A stretch of DNA of 64,000 bases from an uncultured Spirochaetota bacterium (GTDB lineage Bacteria > Spirochaetota > B62-G9 > CAZFGQ01): positions 3,631 through 67,630 of the forward strand of contig CAZFGQ010000004.1 in assembly GCA_964518675.1 (NCBI GenBank), in the 5' to 3' direction. The translations under genes and the position numbers were made by a program. Position 1 is the first letter of the stretch; every line of letters begins with the position of its first letter. Of this stretch, positions 44,562 to 53,165 are shown one piece after another. The notes beneath the pieces were generated by a model. The model was not told the DNA's origin. It saw only the letters and a list, made by a program, of their open reading frames with translations, and searched no databases.

Positions 44562-45485
44562 CTAAAGTGCATTTAAATCGGATCTCGTATAATAGTGTTT
44601 GAGCAATATGCCTTCCCCAGTAATATACTTCTTTTTTTCCCCATTGATCAAAATACTGACGGTTTTGACTTCATCAAATTCGAAGCACGTGAGAAGTATC
44701 TGTTTAAGTTGAATCTCGATTGCTTTTCTTCCAAGATAGTTATTCTCAAAATTTTCATTAAAATTAAGTGTGAGATGATTATTTTTTAGGGAAGCTGAGA
44801 TTAATTTAGTCCCCTGAGGAATAAATGTTTTAAGCCCTCTTTTTCTTTCTGCTTCTCCAGGACCTTTCAATAGTAGCTGTATGGTTCTTGTGATTGGTGA
44901 ATCTATATATTTGACAGTTTTTTTAATACCGGCAAGAGTCATCTCTCCCGTGGTAGGGTCGACTGTGACATAGTAGATGGTGGAGGTTCGAGTGTTAACT
45001 GCTTTGGATTCTGCTTTTGTTTTTCTCGTGGTTGTTTTTTTACTTTCTACCTTTTTGGCAGTGTCTAACCTTTCTGGTGTTTTTTGTGTTTCCAAACGCC
45101 TTTCTGAACTGGCTGAGGCTGTTTCTTTTTCCTCATTGGTCTTTTCTTCTTTTTTTATCTCCTCTTTTTGTTCAATTTTCTTTTCTTCGATTATTTGTTT
45201 CTCAGGAATTACTTTCTCAGATTTTTCTTCTTTTGTTTCCGGTTTGATTAACGTAATTTCTTCTTTTTTATCTTTTTCCTGAACTTCGTCCTCACTCTTT
45301 GTTTCTTCTTTGACGATGACTTTCAGCTTTTGCTCACCTTTTATAACTGAGACTAATGAATTGATTGTCTCTTTAAACGAACCTTTACCTCTATAGAGGA
45401 ATATTACTGCTATTATAAGCAGTATAAATATCCAGAAGAGACAACCTGTTCTTCTTATTTTTCTGGATTTGCCTCGCCTTGCCAT
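44562..45485 (-). CDS. GerMN-domain protein with N-terminal TM anchor and a K/E-rich low-complexity linker
   Basis: N-terminal TM (CLFWIFILLIIAVIFL). A 150-aa K/E/T-rich linker. The C-terminal region (IDSPITRTIQLLLKGPGEAERKRGLKTFIPQGTKLISASLKNNHLTLNFNENFE...VSILINGE) matches GerMN (sporulation/germination) domains. Confidence 0.65.
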   Translation of the reverse strand: MARRGKSRKIRRTGCLFWIFILLIIAVIFLYRGKGSFKETINSLVSVIKGEQKLKVIVKEETKSEDEVQEKDKKEEITLIKPETKEEKSEKVIPEKQIIEEKKIEQKEEIKKEEKTNEEKETASASSERRLETQKTPERLDTAKKVESKKTTTRKTKAESKAVNTRTSTIYYVTVDPTTGEMTLAGIKKTVKYIDSPITRTIQLLLKGPGEAERKRGLKTFIPQGTKLISASLKNNHLTLNFNENFENNYLGRKAIEIQLKQILLTCFEFDEVKTVSILINGEKKKYITGEGILLKHYYTRSDLNAL

Positions 45486-45565
45486 CTAAAGCAATATAGG
45501 TTTATCAATATCATTTGTCAAGCCAATACGTTTTAGGTTAAAATATTGTATAGCAGGAGTTTTGG

Positions 45566-45991
45566 ATGAAGCGGATAAAGTTATTGGTAGTTTTGATTCA
45601 GGTATTGTTCCTCCTTTCATGTTCAAAGGAGCCGGAAAAACTTATATTAAGTATAAATGGTCGTTACCTTGAAGTGGAGGTCGCACGTACTGAGAAGGAG
45701 AGAGAGAAGGGCCTGATGAATCGTAAGTCTCTTGGCTGGAATGAAGGGATGCTCTTTATTTTTGATGATGATCAATACCTCTCTTTCTGGATGAAAAATA
45801 CTAGCATTCCGCTTTCGATCGCTTTTCTGGATAAAAATGGTATTGTGACCGATATATACAGTATGAAGCCTTTTTCGCTAGAACCTGTTGTATCTTCGCG
45901 TAAATGTAGATATGCTATTGAGGTCAATGATGGTTTTTTTGAAGAATGTGGACTAAAAATTGGAGACAGAATTGAGATTAACATCCAGTAG
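45566..45991 (+). CDS. DUF192-family lipoprotein
   Basis: Lipobox (LFLLSC). DUF192 pattern: EVARTEKEREKGLMNRKSLGWNEGMLFIFDDDQYLSFWMKNTSIPLSIAFLDKNGIV...YAIEVNDG. Confidence 0.75.
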   Translation: MKRIKLLVVLIQVLFLLSCSKEPEKLILSINGRYLEVEVARTEKEREKGLMNRKSLGWNEGMLFIFDDDQYLSFWMKNTSIPLSIAFLDKNGIVTDIYSMKPFSLEPVVSSRKCRYAIEVNDGFFEECGLKIGDRIEINIQ

Positions 45992-47030
45992 GTACTTTGG
46001 GATATTAATTAAATTATTTTTCTTTCTCTTTATACTTTACAGTCCCGCCAGGATGCTACTGGCGGAGGATAAAATACTGATTTACTATTTTAAGAATATC
46101 ACTGGGGATGATAGATACAACGATCTTGAATATAAAATCTCTGTCTGTCTGTATAGAGAGCTCAGGGCAAGGATTGGAAAAAAAGGGGTTTATCTCATTA
46201 GACCCGATACTTTTGAAAAATATTCAATTGGCAGGGATGAATATTTTAATGAGAATTTCCTCATAAACCTGTTTAGCAGGGAGAAAATTGATAAGGTTTT
46301 ATTCGGTTATTTTTTTCTACTTGACGGTAGGATTGAAATGAGAGGTAGGCTCCTCTCTGTAGATAGTGGGGTTATAATTGATATAACGGAGGCGCAGAAA
46401 GAACTGTACGAGGCTATTAGAAAAGTTGAGGGGATCGTGAAGGAGTTACAGGGTAGATGTGAACTTGATAAAAAAACAAAATATTTTTCGCCTGGTAAGA
46501 AAGCCAGAAAAGTGGCCATAAAAGAGGAAAATGCGAAAACAGGTTTGCTGGTTTTGTCAGGTGTTATTTTCCCAGTTTTTGAGTGGGGGAAATATTATGA
46601 TCCGGGAATTTTTGGGAGTTTTAATTTTTACTACACGCCGAAACCAATGACATTCCCACTTGGTTTTGGGACCCAATTTTTCTACTACTATTTGGAAAAA
46701 TCGGAGGATTTGTACCTTGGCTCAAAATTAAATGGTTTGGGCGTGCAACCAATGTTGACATACATCAAGGAAAGAAGTGGCTTTTTCAGTGGTTATGGTT
46801 TTCTTTTTGGTGTTGGCGGAGGGCTGAGTATGTTATTTGTTAACGAAGCAGATTATCTCTCAATTGATCCCTCAGTTAGTGCAAGCTTTTTTCTAATAAT
46901 TTCACCTTTTAAGGGACTTAAGATGACATTAAATGCGGGTGCCTATTCAGTAATATATAAATCTTATCCTTTTACAACCTATACTTTATCTATTGGAGTT
47001 AAATCAGGAACTTTGAAGGTAAAGAAATAA
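45960..47030 (+). CDS. Hypothetical secreted / outer-membrane-like protein: N-terminal FxNxTG (CsgG/FlgO/TolB-N-like) domain plus an aromatic-rich beta-strand C-terminal half
   Basis: Signal-like N-terminus. YYFKNITGDDRYNDLEYKISVCLYRELRA resembles the FxNxTG motif of CsgG-like and TolB-N-like lipoproteins. The C-terminal half alternates aromatic residues (FGTQFFYYYLEK, GFFSGYGFLFGVGGG). Overlaps DUF192 by 32 nt. Confidence 0.55.
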   Translation: METELRLTSSRYFGILIKLFFFLFILYSPARMLLAEDKILIYYFKNITGDDRYNDLEYKISVCLYRELRARIGKKGVYLIRPDTFEKYSIGRDEYFNENFLINLFSREKIDKVLFGYFFLLDGRIEMRGRLLSVDSGVIIDITEAQKELYEAIRKVEGIVKELQGRCELDKKTKYFSPGKKARKVAIKEENAKTGLLVLSGVIFPVFEWGKYYDPGIFGSFNFYYTPKPMTFPLGFGTQFFYYYLEKSEDLYLGSKLNGLGVQPMLTYIKERSGFFSGYGFLFGVGGGLSMLFVNEADYLSIDPSVSASFFLIISPFKGLKMTLNAGAYSVIYKSYPFTTYTLSIGVKSGTLKVKK

Positions 47031-47032
47031 CC

Positions 47033-48340
47033 ATGTTTAATAATGTTAAAAAGTTTATAATCCTTTTTTTCCTGCTGTTTCCTGGTATCTGTTCGGCTGA
47101 TTTTCATGAAGTTTTTATCAACACAGAGCCAGTTGGTGCTGAGGTTAAACTGGATTATCAACCTCTTGGTAAAACCCCTGTTCGGGTTGTTCTTGAGCAG
47201 AAAAAGAAATATCTGATGGAGATAGAAGCAGAGGGATATCATCAGTTTAGCACAGAGAAGTTCCTTGGTGAAAAAAGAAGAGAGGTTCTCTTTTTTACTC
47301 TGAAACCAGAGAAGGTAAATATCGTAATCGAGCACAAAAATGAGGAATTATACATAAATGGCGTGACAGCAGGAAAAACACCTGTAATGATTACAGGTCT
47401 TCCCGATGGGTTTTATAGGATTGAATCGAATGAAAGTGGGATTCATCTATGGGTTGGAGATGGATGGGAAACAAGAAGAGAATCGCTTGTTGATTTGTTT
47501 TTCAGTTCTTCAATTCTTGGATTGTCTGTGACAGGATTTGTACTCAACGATGACAGAGACTATGAAAAAGAAATATTTTTTAAATCCTCGGCGCTGATAT
47601 TTGGAATAATCTCAGGCTATAATTTTATGAAGTTCCTCAAGTCACATTTTGAGTATCGATCACAGTTTAATGATTTCTATAATGTGGATGTAAAACCCTA
47701 TAATGTCAACGATGCGAAGAGTAATTTTGTAAAAGGGATGGAATTACTGGGCAACGGAAATTATAAAGAAGCAATACCCTATTTTAATTTAATATCTGAA
47801 CTCTATCCTGATTCTGAATACCTGCCAATTTCTATTTATGAAATAGGGTATTGTTACTACATGCTGGATGATCCTAAAGGAATTGAATATCTCAAGAGGT
47901 ATGTTGAAGAGTATCCACAGCCAGATCTTTTTCAATTAGCAGTAATGATGCTTCTGGAGTACCAGTTAAAGAGAAATCTTGTCTACGATGCTCTCGTAAC
48001 ATATCAAAAAGTTCGGCCGGTTATAATTCACGATTCGGATGGAGAAATAATTGTTTCTTACTATCGTATCCTGACGGATATATACAAACGAACGGGTAAG
48101 GTATATAACATTATAATCAGAGATATTCTGAGAGAGATAAATTATTTTTTGACCAATTATAAGGATGTACCGAAGTATCCGGATATACTCCTATTAAAGG
48201 GTAAACTTCATTATAAGTATCTTGATAAAGAGCTTGGTGAAAAAATCTTTAAGAGGATTCTTGATGAATATACTCACAGAGATGATTTAAAAAAGGAGAT
48301 CAGGGCTATCAGTGAATATGGAAAAGGTACTTTGCTTTGA
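47033..48340 (+). CDS. PEGA-domain protein with a C-terminal TPR-like region
   Basis: Signal peptide. Two PEGA-like repeats (INTEPVGAEVKLDYQPLGKTPV; LYINGVTAGKTPVMITGLPDGFYRIE). A TM segment, then a TPR-like helical C-terminus (NYKEAIPYFNLISELYPDSEY...). Confidence 0.65.
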   Translation: MFNNVKKFIILFFLLFPGICSADFHEVFINTEPVGAEVKLDYQPLGKTPVRVVLEQKKKYLMEIEAEGYHQFSTEKFLGEKRREVLFFTLKPEKVNIVIEHKNEELYINGVTAGKTPVMITGLPDGFYRIESNESGIHLWVGDGWETRRESLVDLFFSSSILGLSVTGFVLNDDRDYEKEIFFKSSALIFGIISGYNFMKFLKSHFEYRSQFNDFYNVDVKPYNVNDAKSNFVKGMELLGNGNYKEAIPYFNLISELYPDSEYLPISIYEIGYCYYMLDDPKGIEYLKRYVEEYPQPDLFQLAVMMLLEYQLKRNLVYDALVTYQKVRPVIIHDSDGEIIVSYYRILTDIYKRTGKVYNIIIRDILREINYFLTNYKDVPKYPDILLLKGKLHYKYLDKELGEKIFKRILDEYTHRDDLKKEIRAISEYGKGTLL

Positions 48341-50555
48341 ACTGAGGGGTTTTATCCTTGGGGTGGACTCCTCACAGGTAGAAAAGGTACTTGTTAATAA
48401 AAATCCCAGCAGGGAGAGCTTTACACTCGCTACAGGGGTTGAAATAAAGCCATTATGGGAATATATCCCACTTCCTGAAAGAGCAGAAAAAATATCAGAA
48501 AACATAATTTTCATTAAGGATCAGAAGGACTCTTACGGGTTTACTGTGGATAGGGTAAGGGGATATGTGAATGTAAGAGCATCTGAAAGGCAACACCAGA
48601 AAATGGAGCAGGGCCCCATAAGATACTATATAAAAATTGATGGGGATCTGATCCCGGTTCTGGATCTTGCTTTTATTACCAATAATAAAGGTTCTGTTGG
48701 AGAGGAACATATAAAAGAAATTGTTGAAATGAGCAGAGGCATTTCTCAGGATGGAGGGGAGGTTGAAGAGGAGCCTTCTCTTACTGTAAGCAAAGAGGAG
48801 GTGTTCAGAAGCATTGAAGAGGAGATAAAGAGAAGCAAGAAGGATTTTTCTGAAACGGTAATCAAAAGTGAAAGAAAAGGTTTTCTTTTTCCCGTTTTGA
48901 TAAATGCGGGAATAGTTCTTTTGTTTGGAGCTGGTCTATTATACTTCATTATGACAAACAGAGAAAGCCTATCAATGGCCTATATGGGGGGTGTTGTTAC
49001 TGGAGTTGAGGAAGAGGTTATCAAGGAGATTAAGAGGAGATCTGAGGAAGAGTTAAGTCAGCAGAGGAAAAAGCTTGAGGAAGCAAAAAGGAGACTTGAA
49101 GCTCTTCGAAGGGAAAAAGAGTTTTTCGAAAAGAATCAGGATAAAATTTTAGCAGAGAAGGAGAAAAAACTCAGGGAAGAGTATAACAGGAAACTTGAGG
49201 AAATAAGAAAGAGACTTGAAGCGAGTGGTGTTGCAAATGTTGAGGAGGCATTCCAGGCAGAGAAACAGAAGCTTTACCAGGAATACCTTGCTTCTCTTCA
49301 GGCGACCAGGAGCGAGATTGAAAAGGTAAAAAGGCAGTATGAAGAGGCACTGAAACAGAAAGAGGCCGAGATAAAAAAGGAGGTGAATATTTACTCCCGG
49401 AGATTGGCAGAGATGGAAGCCCAACTTGAGTCAGAACAGAGTAAATTAAGGAAGGTTGAAGAACAGTTCAAGAGTGTTGCAGCAAAGCAAAAAGAATACG
49501 AAGCTTTTAGGAACCAGCTAAATCTGATTTATGATAGAGCTCTTAAATATCTGGAAAAAGGAAATACTTCTAGAGGACTTGAAACACTGCGAAATGCAAT
49601 AAGCATCCTCAATGAGGCAGAAAAAAGAGGGCTCACAGATCCCTTTGGCCTCAGTGTTGAAAAGGAACTTATAAACAGGATGATATATATTACTGAAAGA
49701 GAAAGGGCCAAGGTTGATGTAAACGAACTTGCCCGCAAAACATTGCTTTCAGCGAATACACTGGAAGCTGCCGGTAAAGAGAGGGAGGCTCTTTATAAAT
49801 ATTTTACCGTTTACACAATAGCAAAAGACCAGAATTTGCGTGAGAGAGCTTATAAAAAGGCCCAGGATATAATGAATAGAATATATGCTGAAATCTCTTC
49901 AGAAGAAAAAGCCAGATTGGAGTCGGAAGCAAGCGACCTGATCAAAAAGGCCGGAAAGATGATCGATAGTGGAGATTATGATAGGGCTGTAGAGCTCCTG
50001 TATGCTTCTCTATCGACACTAACTGACCCTGCTATTGCAAAGGATGTCTTGAATAAAATAGCCTATATAAAAGAAATGAAGCTGGAGGAAGAGCAACAGA
50101 GAGCAGTGCAGGAACGGGAGAAAAATGCCAGTGTTTTGATGGCAAAGGCAGATGAGCTTTATAAAAAGGGATTTTTTAGCGAAGCAATTGATTACTACAG
50201 AGAGATTGCCACAAACTTCAGCGGTACGAGGAGTGCCGATATTGCTATTGATAGACTTATAAGTATTAGCGAAAAAATGAAGGAATATAAGGTAGCATCA
50301 AGGGGAAGAATAGAGGTTACAGGTAAGGATACCTCGGTGGTTATTCAAAAGCTTGGTACCTCGCAGGTTATAATTGGTCTCGGAGGAAATGATGGTGTGA
50401 AATCCGGAGACACACTTCAGGTCTACCGTAAGATCGGGTCCGAGTTTCAATTTGTATGTACTTTAAGGGTTTTTGAGGTGTATCCAACCAGCTCCAAAGC
50501 GTCTGTAACCTATTTTGAGCGGAGCGTTAAGGTAGGGGATATAGTTACTTATTAG
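48312..50555 (+). CDS. CheW-like-domain protein with a single TM helix, ~450 aa of coiled coil/TPR-like repeats, and a small C-terminal beta domain
   Basis: The N-terminal 130 aa match the CheW fold (LCFELRGFILGVDSSQVEKVL...IIFIKDQKDSYGFTVDRVRGYVNV...IPVLDLAFI). TM helix (GFLFPVLINAGIVLLFGAGLLYFI). Long EK-rich heptad region. The C-terminus is GDTLQVYRKIGSEFQFVCTLRVFEVYPTSSKASVTYFERSVKVGDIV. Overlaps the PEGA gene by 29 nt. Confidence 0.7.
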   Translation: MNMEKVLCFELRGFILGVDSSQVEKVLVNKNPSRESFTLATGVEIKPLWEYIPLPERAEKISENIIFIKDQKDSYGFTVDRVRGYVNVRASERQHQKMEQGPIRYYIKIDGDLIPVLDLAFITNNKGSVGEEHIKEIVEMSRGISQDGGEVEEEPSLTVSKEEVFRSIEEEIKRSKKDFSETVIKSERKGFLFPVLINAGIVLLFGAGLLYFIMTNRESLSMAYMGGVVTGVEEEVIKEIKRRSEEELSQQRKKLEEAKRRLEALRREKEFFEKNQDKILAEKEKKLREEYNRKLEEIRKRLEASGVANVEEAFQAEKQKLYQEYLASLQATRSEIEKVKRQYEEALKQKEAEIKKEVNIYSRRLAEMEAQLESEQSKLRKVEEQFKSVAAKQKEYEAFRNQLNLIYDRALKYLEKGNTSRGLETLRNAISILNEAEKRGLTDPFGLSVEKELINRMIYITERERAKVDVNELARKTLLSANTLEAAGKEREALYKYFTVYTIAKDQNLRERAYKKAQDIMNRIYAEISSEEKARLESEASDLIKKAGKMIDSGDYDRAVELLYASLSTLTDPAIAKDVLNKIAYIKEMKLEEEQQRAVQEREKNASVLMAKADELYKKGFFSEAIDYYREIATNFSGTRSADIAIDRLISISEKMKEYKVASRGRIEVTGKDTSVVIQKLGTSQVIIGLGGNDGVKSGDTLQVYRKIGSEFQFVCTLRVFEVYPTSSKASVTYFERSVKVGDIVTY

Positions 50556-50563
50556 TTTGAAAT

Positions 50564-51160
50564 TTATGGAAGGAATGGAATTGGAAATCTTGTCCTTATA
50601 AAGTAGAAGGTGCTGCTGTCCAGCCTTCCGGAATATAGAATACCCACATCACATTTAATCCTGAAATAGCTATTTTTAAGGATTTTTCTTCTTACTTCCA
50701 GACCTGTTAAAAGATAAAAGTGTAAGGGTGAAAGAACATTCTCAAAATCCAGATAGGTTAATGAGAATCCTATTCCTGAAAATGGAATTATTTTAAGTTT
50801 CTTTGTTATTTTAAGGGGATAACCAACAGCTGCTGAAAAAGGAACTGTTATAAGAATGCTGCTGGAGTTCTCGATAAGGTTTGTTGCCATTCCTAACTCA
50901 TAGATTGAAATACATTTTGAAGAATCGAAAAAAAACTTTATCATGGGGCTTATCATACTTATGTAGCCACCCAGGTAAACTCCCTGTTCTGGCTTTTTGA
51001 ACTCTGATAAGTTTTTAAGATCGGATTTGATAAAGAGGTAATTGAAGGTACCAAAGGATATGTCGACCTGAGGTTTGTAGTCAACCATCCCTGCCAGGAT
51101 TGATCCAGGAATGAGGGCAACAGTGAGCAAAAGCAGAAGTTTATATTTTACCGGTTTCAT
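50564..51160 (-). CDS. Hypothetical secreted protein (possible small beta-barrel OMP)
   Basis: 198 aa with an N-terminal signal (LLLLLTVALIPGSILAG) and alternating hydrophobic strands. Lies 16 nt downstream of the cyclase gene on the same strand. Confidence 0.5.
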   Translation of the reverse strand: MKPVKYKLLLLLTVALIPGSILAGMVDYKPQVDISFGTFNYLFIKSDLKNLSEFKKPEQGVYLGGYISMISPMIKFFFDSSKCISIYELGMATNLIENSSSILITVPFSAAVGYPLKITKKLKIIPFSGIGFSLTYLDFENVLSPLHFYLLTGLEVRRKILKNSYFRIKCDVGILYSGRLDSSTFYFIRTRFPIPFLP

Positions 51161-51175
51161 TACAATTTCACTTTA

Positions 51176-52831
51176 CTATTTTATGGCTGCTGTGTACACT
51201 CCATCCCAGTCTTCTGGTGGAGGATTCTTTATAAGTTCGGTACATCTATCTATGTACATAGATGTGGGTATATCCTCTGGGAGCATATCTCTGCACTCCC
51301 TGAATGCTTCCAGTGCTTCTTTAAATTTTCTATTTCTGTAGAGTTCGATTGCACTGTTAAATATGTTAAAAGCTTTTTCCATTTCTCCTGAGTCTGGAAT
51401 GAATGGCTGATAGATTTTTACTGGTTTCAACTTGCCCATAACTCGAACTGAGTCGAGTTCTCTTACCTTTATTTGCCCATTCATGGCTCTGTGTGTATGT
51501 TCGCTGATTATTATTGGAACCCTGTACAGTTTTGTGAGCCCTTCCAGCCTCGAGGCAAGGTTCACAGTATCACCAACACAGGTATAATCTAGTTTTTGTG
51601 TTGAACCAATATTACCTACAACAACCTCTCCAGTATTGATTCCAATTCCTATTCTGAATGGAGGTCTCCCGAGTTTGGTCTGCCTTTTATTGAAAGATTT
51701 TAATGACTGAAGCATTTCAAGGCCGGTAATAGTAGCCTGAAAGGGATCATCGTCGTGTTTTGCTGGGGCACCAAATATGGCCATTATGGCATCACCTATG
51801 AACTTATCTATTGTGCCTTTGTGTTGAATAATGATTCCGACCATAAGGTTGAAGTATGTGTTCAGTGAGGTTACAAGCTCCTCAGCAGAAAGGCTCTCAG
51901 AAATTGTTGTGAAGCTTCTGATGTCGGAAAACAGAATAGTGACAATCTGTTTTTTCCCAATCAACAGGTCTTTACCGCTGGATTTCATTACCTCGTCAAT
52001 TACCTCTGCCGGGACATATTTCTGGAATATCTGTCTGATCCTCTCTTCATTATTTTTAGCCAGTACTGATTTATAAGCATATTCCTTGATTTTATTATAC
52101 GCAATCTCAAGATCTTCAATCATATAGTTAAACCAGGTTGCCAGGTATCCGATTTCATCATCGTATTCAACATTTACTCTTTTTGAAAGGTCGTTTGTTG
52201 TGATGATTTCTTTCATAGTAGATACTACATTGCCAATTGGGTCTGTTATCTTTTTAATCGAGAAGAGGATGAATATTACAGCAATTACCAGGGTGATACC
52301 CATAATGAAGGCCACCTGCTTTTTAATGCTATTTGCATTTTCATAGAATACTTCTTCTTTTTCACTCAGCAGGAGATACCAGTCCCATGGCTCAAAATAC
52401 ATGAAGTACCCTATTCGTGAGCCATCGATAAAAGTAAAGTTAACCAGGCCGTTTATTTTACCCTTTATATTTTTAAAAAAACTATTATCTGATATATTCG
52501 TAATTTCGAGTTTTGGGAATATGATTTCACCGGAAGAATTAAAGGCCATGAAGTATCCGGTTTCTGATAAGCCTATGGTTTTTGCATATTCTTCAGCTGA
52601 CTTTTTTGCGAGCTCGCGATAATTTTCTTCTTCGGCAAGACCGGTTTCAACGAGGATATCTTCCTGCCTACGGCAGTATTTGTACATCTCTGCAACTTTA
52701 TAGCTCAAAAACTCTCTTGTAACCTTGGTTATGCCCTGCCTTGCTGAGAAGTAGGAAGTAAAGCCAACGAGGATTAAGGGTAAAATGAGAATGGGAAGGA
52801 TTACTACAAGGACTTTTGTTCTTATTTTCAT
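51176..52831 (-). CDS. Sensor adenylate/guanylate cyclase (periplasmic sensor, HAMP, class III cyclase)
   Basis: Two TM helices flank a ~150-aa periplasmic region. HAMP-like linker. Cyclase core TILFSDIRSFTTISESL...IDKFIGDAIMAIFGAP...GINTGEVVVGNIG...VGDTVNLASRLE. C-terminal helical (TPR-like) tail. Confidence 0.88.
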   Translation of the reverse strand: MKIRTKVLVVILPILILPLILVGFTSYFSARQGITKVTREFLSYKVAEMYKYCRRQEDILVETGLAEEENYRELAKKSAEEYAKTIGLSETGYFMAFNSSGEIIFPKLEITNISDNSFFKNIKGKINGLVNFTFIDGSRIGYFMYFEPWDWYLLLSEKEEVFYENANSIKKQVAFIMGITLVIAVIFILFSIKKITDPIGNVVSTMKEIITTNDLSKRVNVEYDDEIGYLATWFNYMIEDLEIAYNKIKEYAYKSVLAKNNEERIRQIFQKYVPAEVIDEVMKSSGKDLLIGKKQIVTILFSDIRSFTTISESLSAEELVTSLNTYFNLMVGIIIQHKGTIDKFIGDAIMAIFGAPAKHDDDPFQATITGLEMLQSLKSFNKRQTKLGRPPFRIGIGINTGEVVVGNIGSTQKLDYTCVGDTVNLASRLEGLTKLYRVPIIISEHTHRAMNGQIKVRELDSVRVMGKLKPVKIYQPFIPDSGEMEKAFNIFNSAIELYRNRKFKEALEAFRECRDMLPEDIPTSMYIDRCTELIKNPPPEDWDGVYTAAIK

Positions 52832-52931
52832 TATTTATCCTTATTTATTTCCTTATTTATCCTCTATGGCCCTGTCCTTTCAGCGGGAAGCACAAATCAG
52901 CTCTAAATTCTAAATATTACTTCTAGGAGTT

Positions 52932-53165
52932 TTACTCTTCGAGACCCTCAAATAGTTCGAGCACATCCTCTCCATTTTTACCCTTTCTTAAAATTTCTAT
53001 TTTTTTCTCTATCTTTGCAAGTTTTTTTGCGCAGATTCTCGTAAGCTTTGTACCTTCTTCGAATAGGCTGAGTGCTTTCTCAATTTCAATTTCACCGCTC
53101 TCCAGCTCCCGTACTATTTCCTCCAGCCTCTTGATAGCCTGTTCAAAACTAATAGAGGTATCCAT
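52932..53165 (-). CDS. xseB: Exodeoxyribonuclease VII small subunit
   Basis: 77 aa helical. FEQAIKRLEEIVRELESGEIEIEKALSLFEEGTKLTRICAKKL is the XseB pattern. Start overlaps the xseA stop. Confidence 0.85.
   Translation of the reverse strand: MDTSISFEQAIKRLEEIVRELESGEIEIEKALSLFEEGTKLTRICAKKLAKIEKKIEILRKGKNGEDVLELFEGLEE

Noticed and set aside
45017-45282. Plus-strand 76-101-aa Phe/Leu/Ser-rich ORFs
   Set aside because: Antisense to the K/E-rich linker of the minus-strand GerMN protein. Low-complexity mirror artefact.
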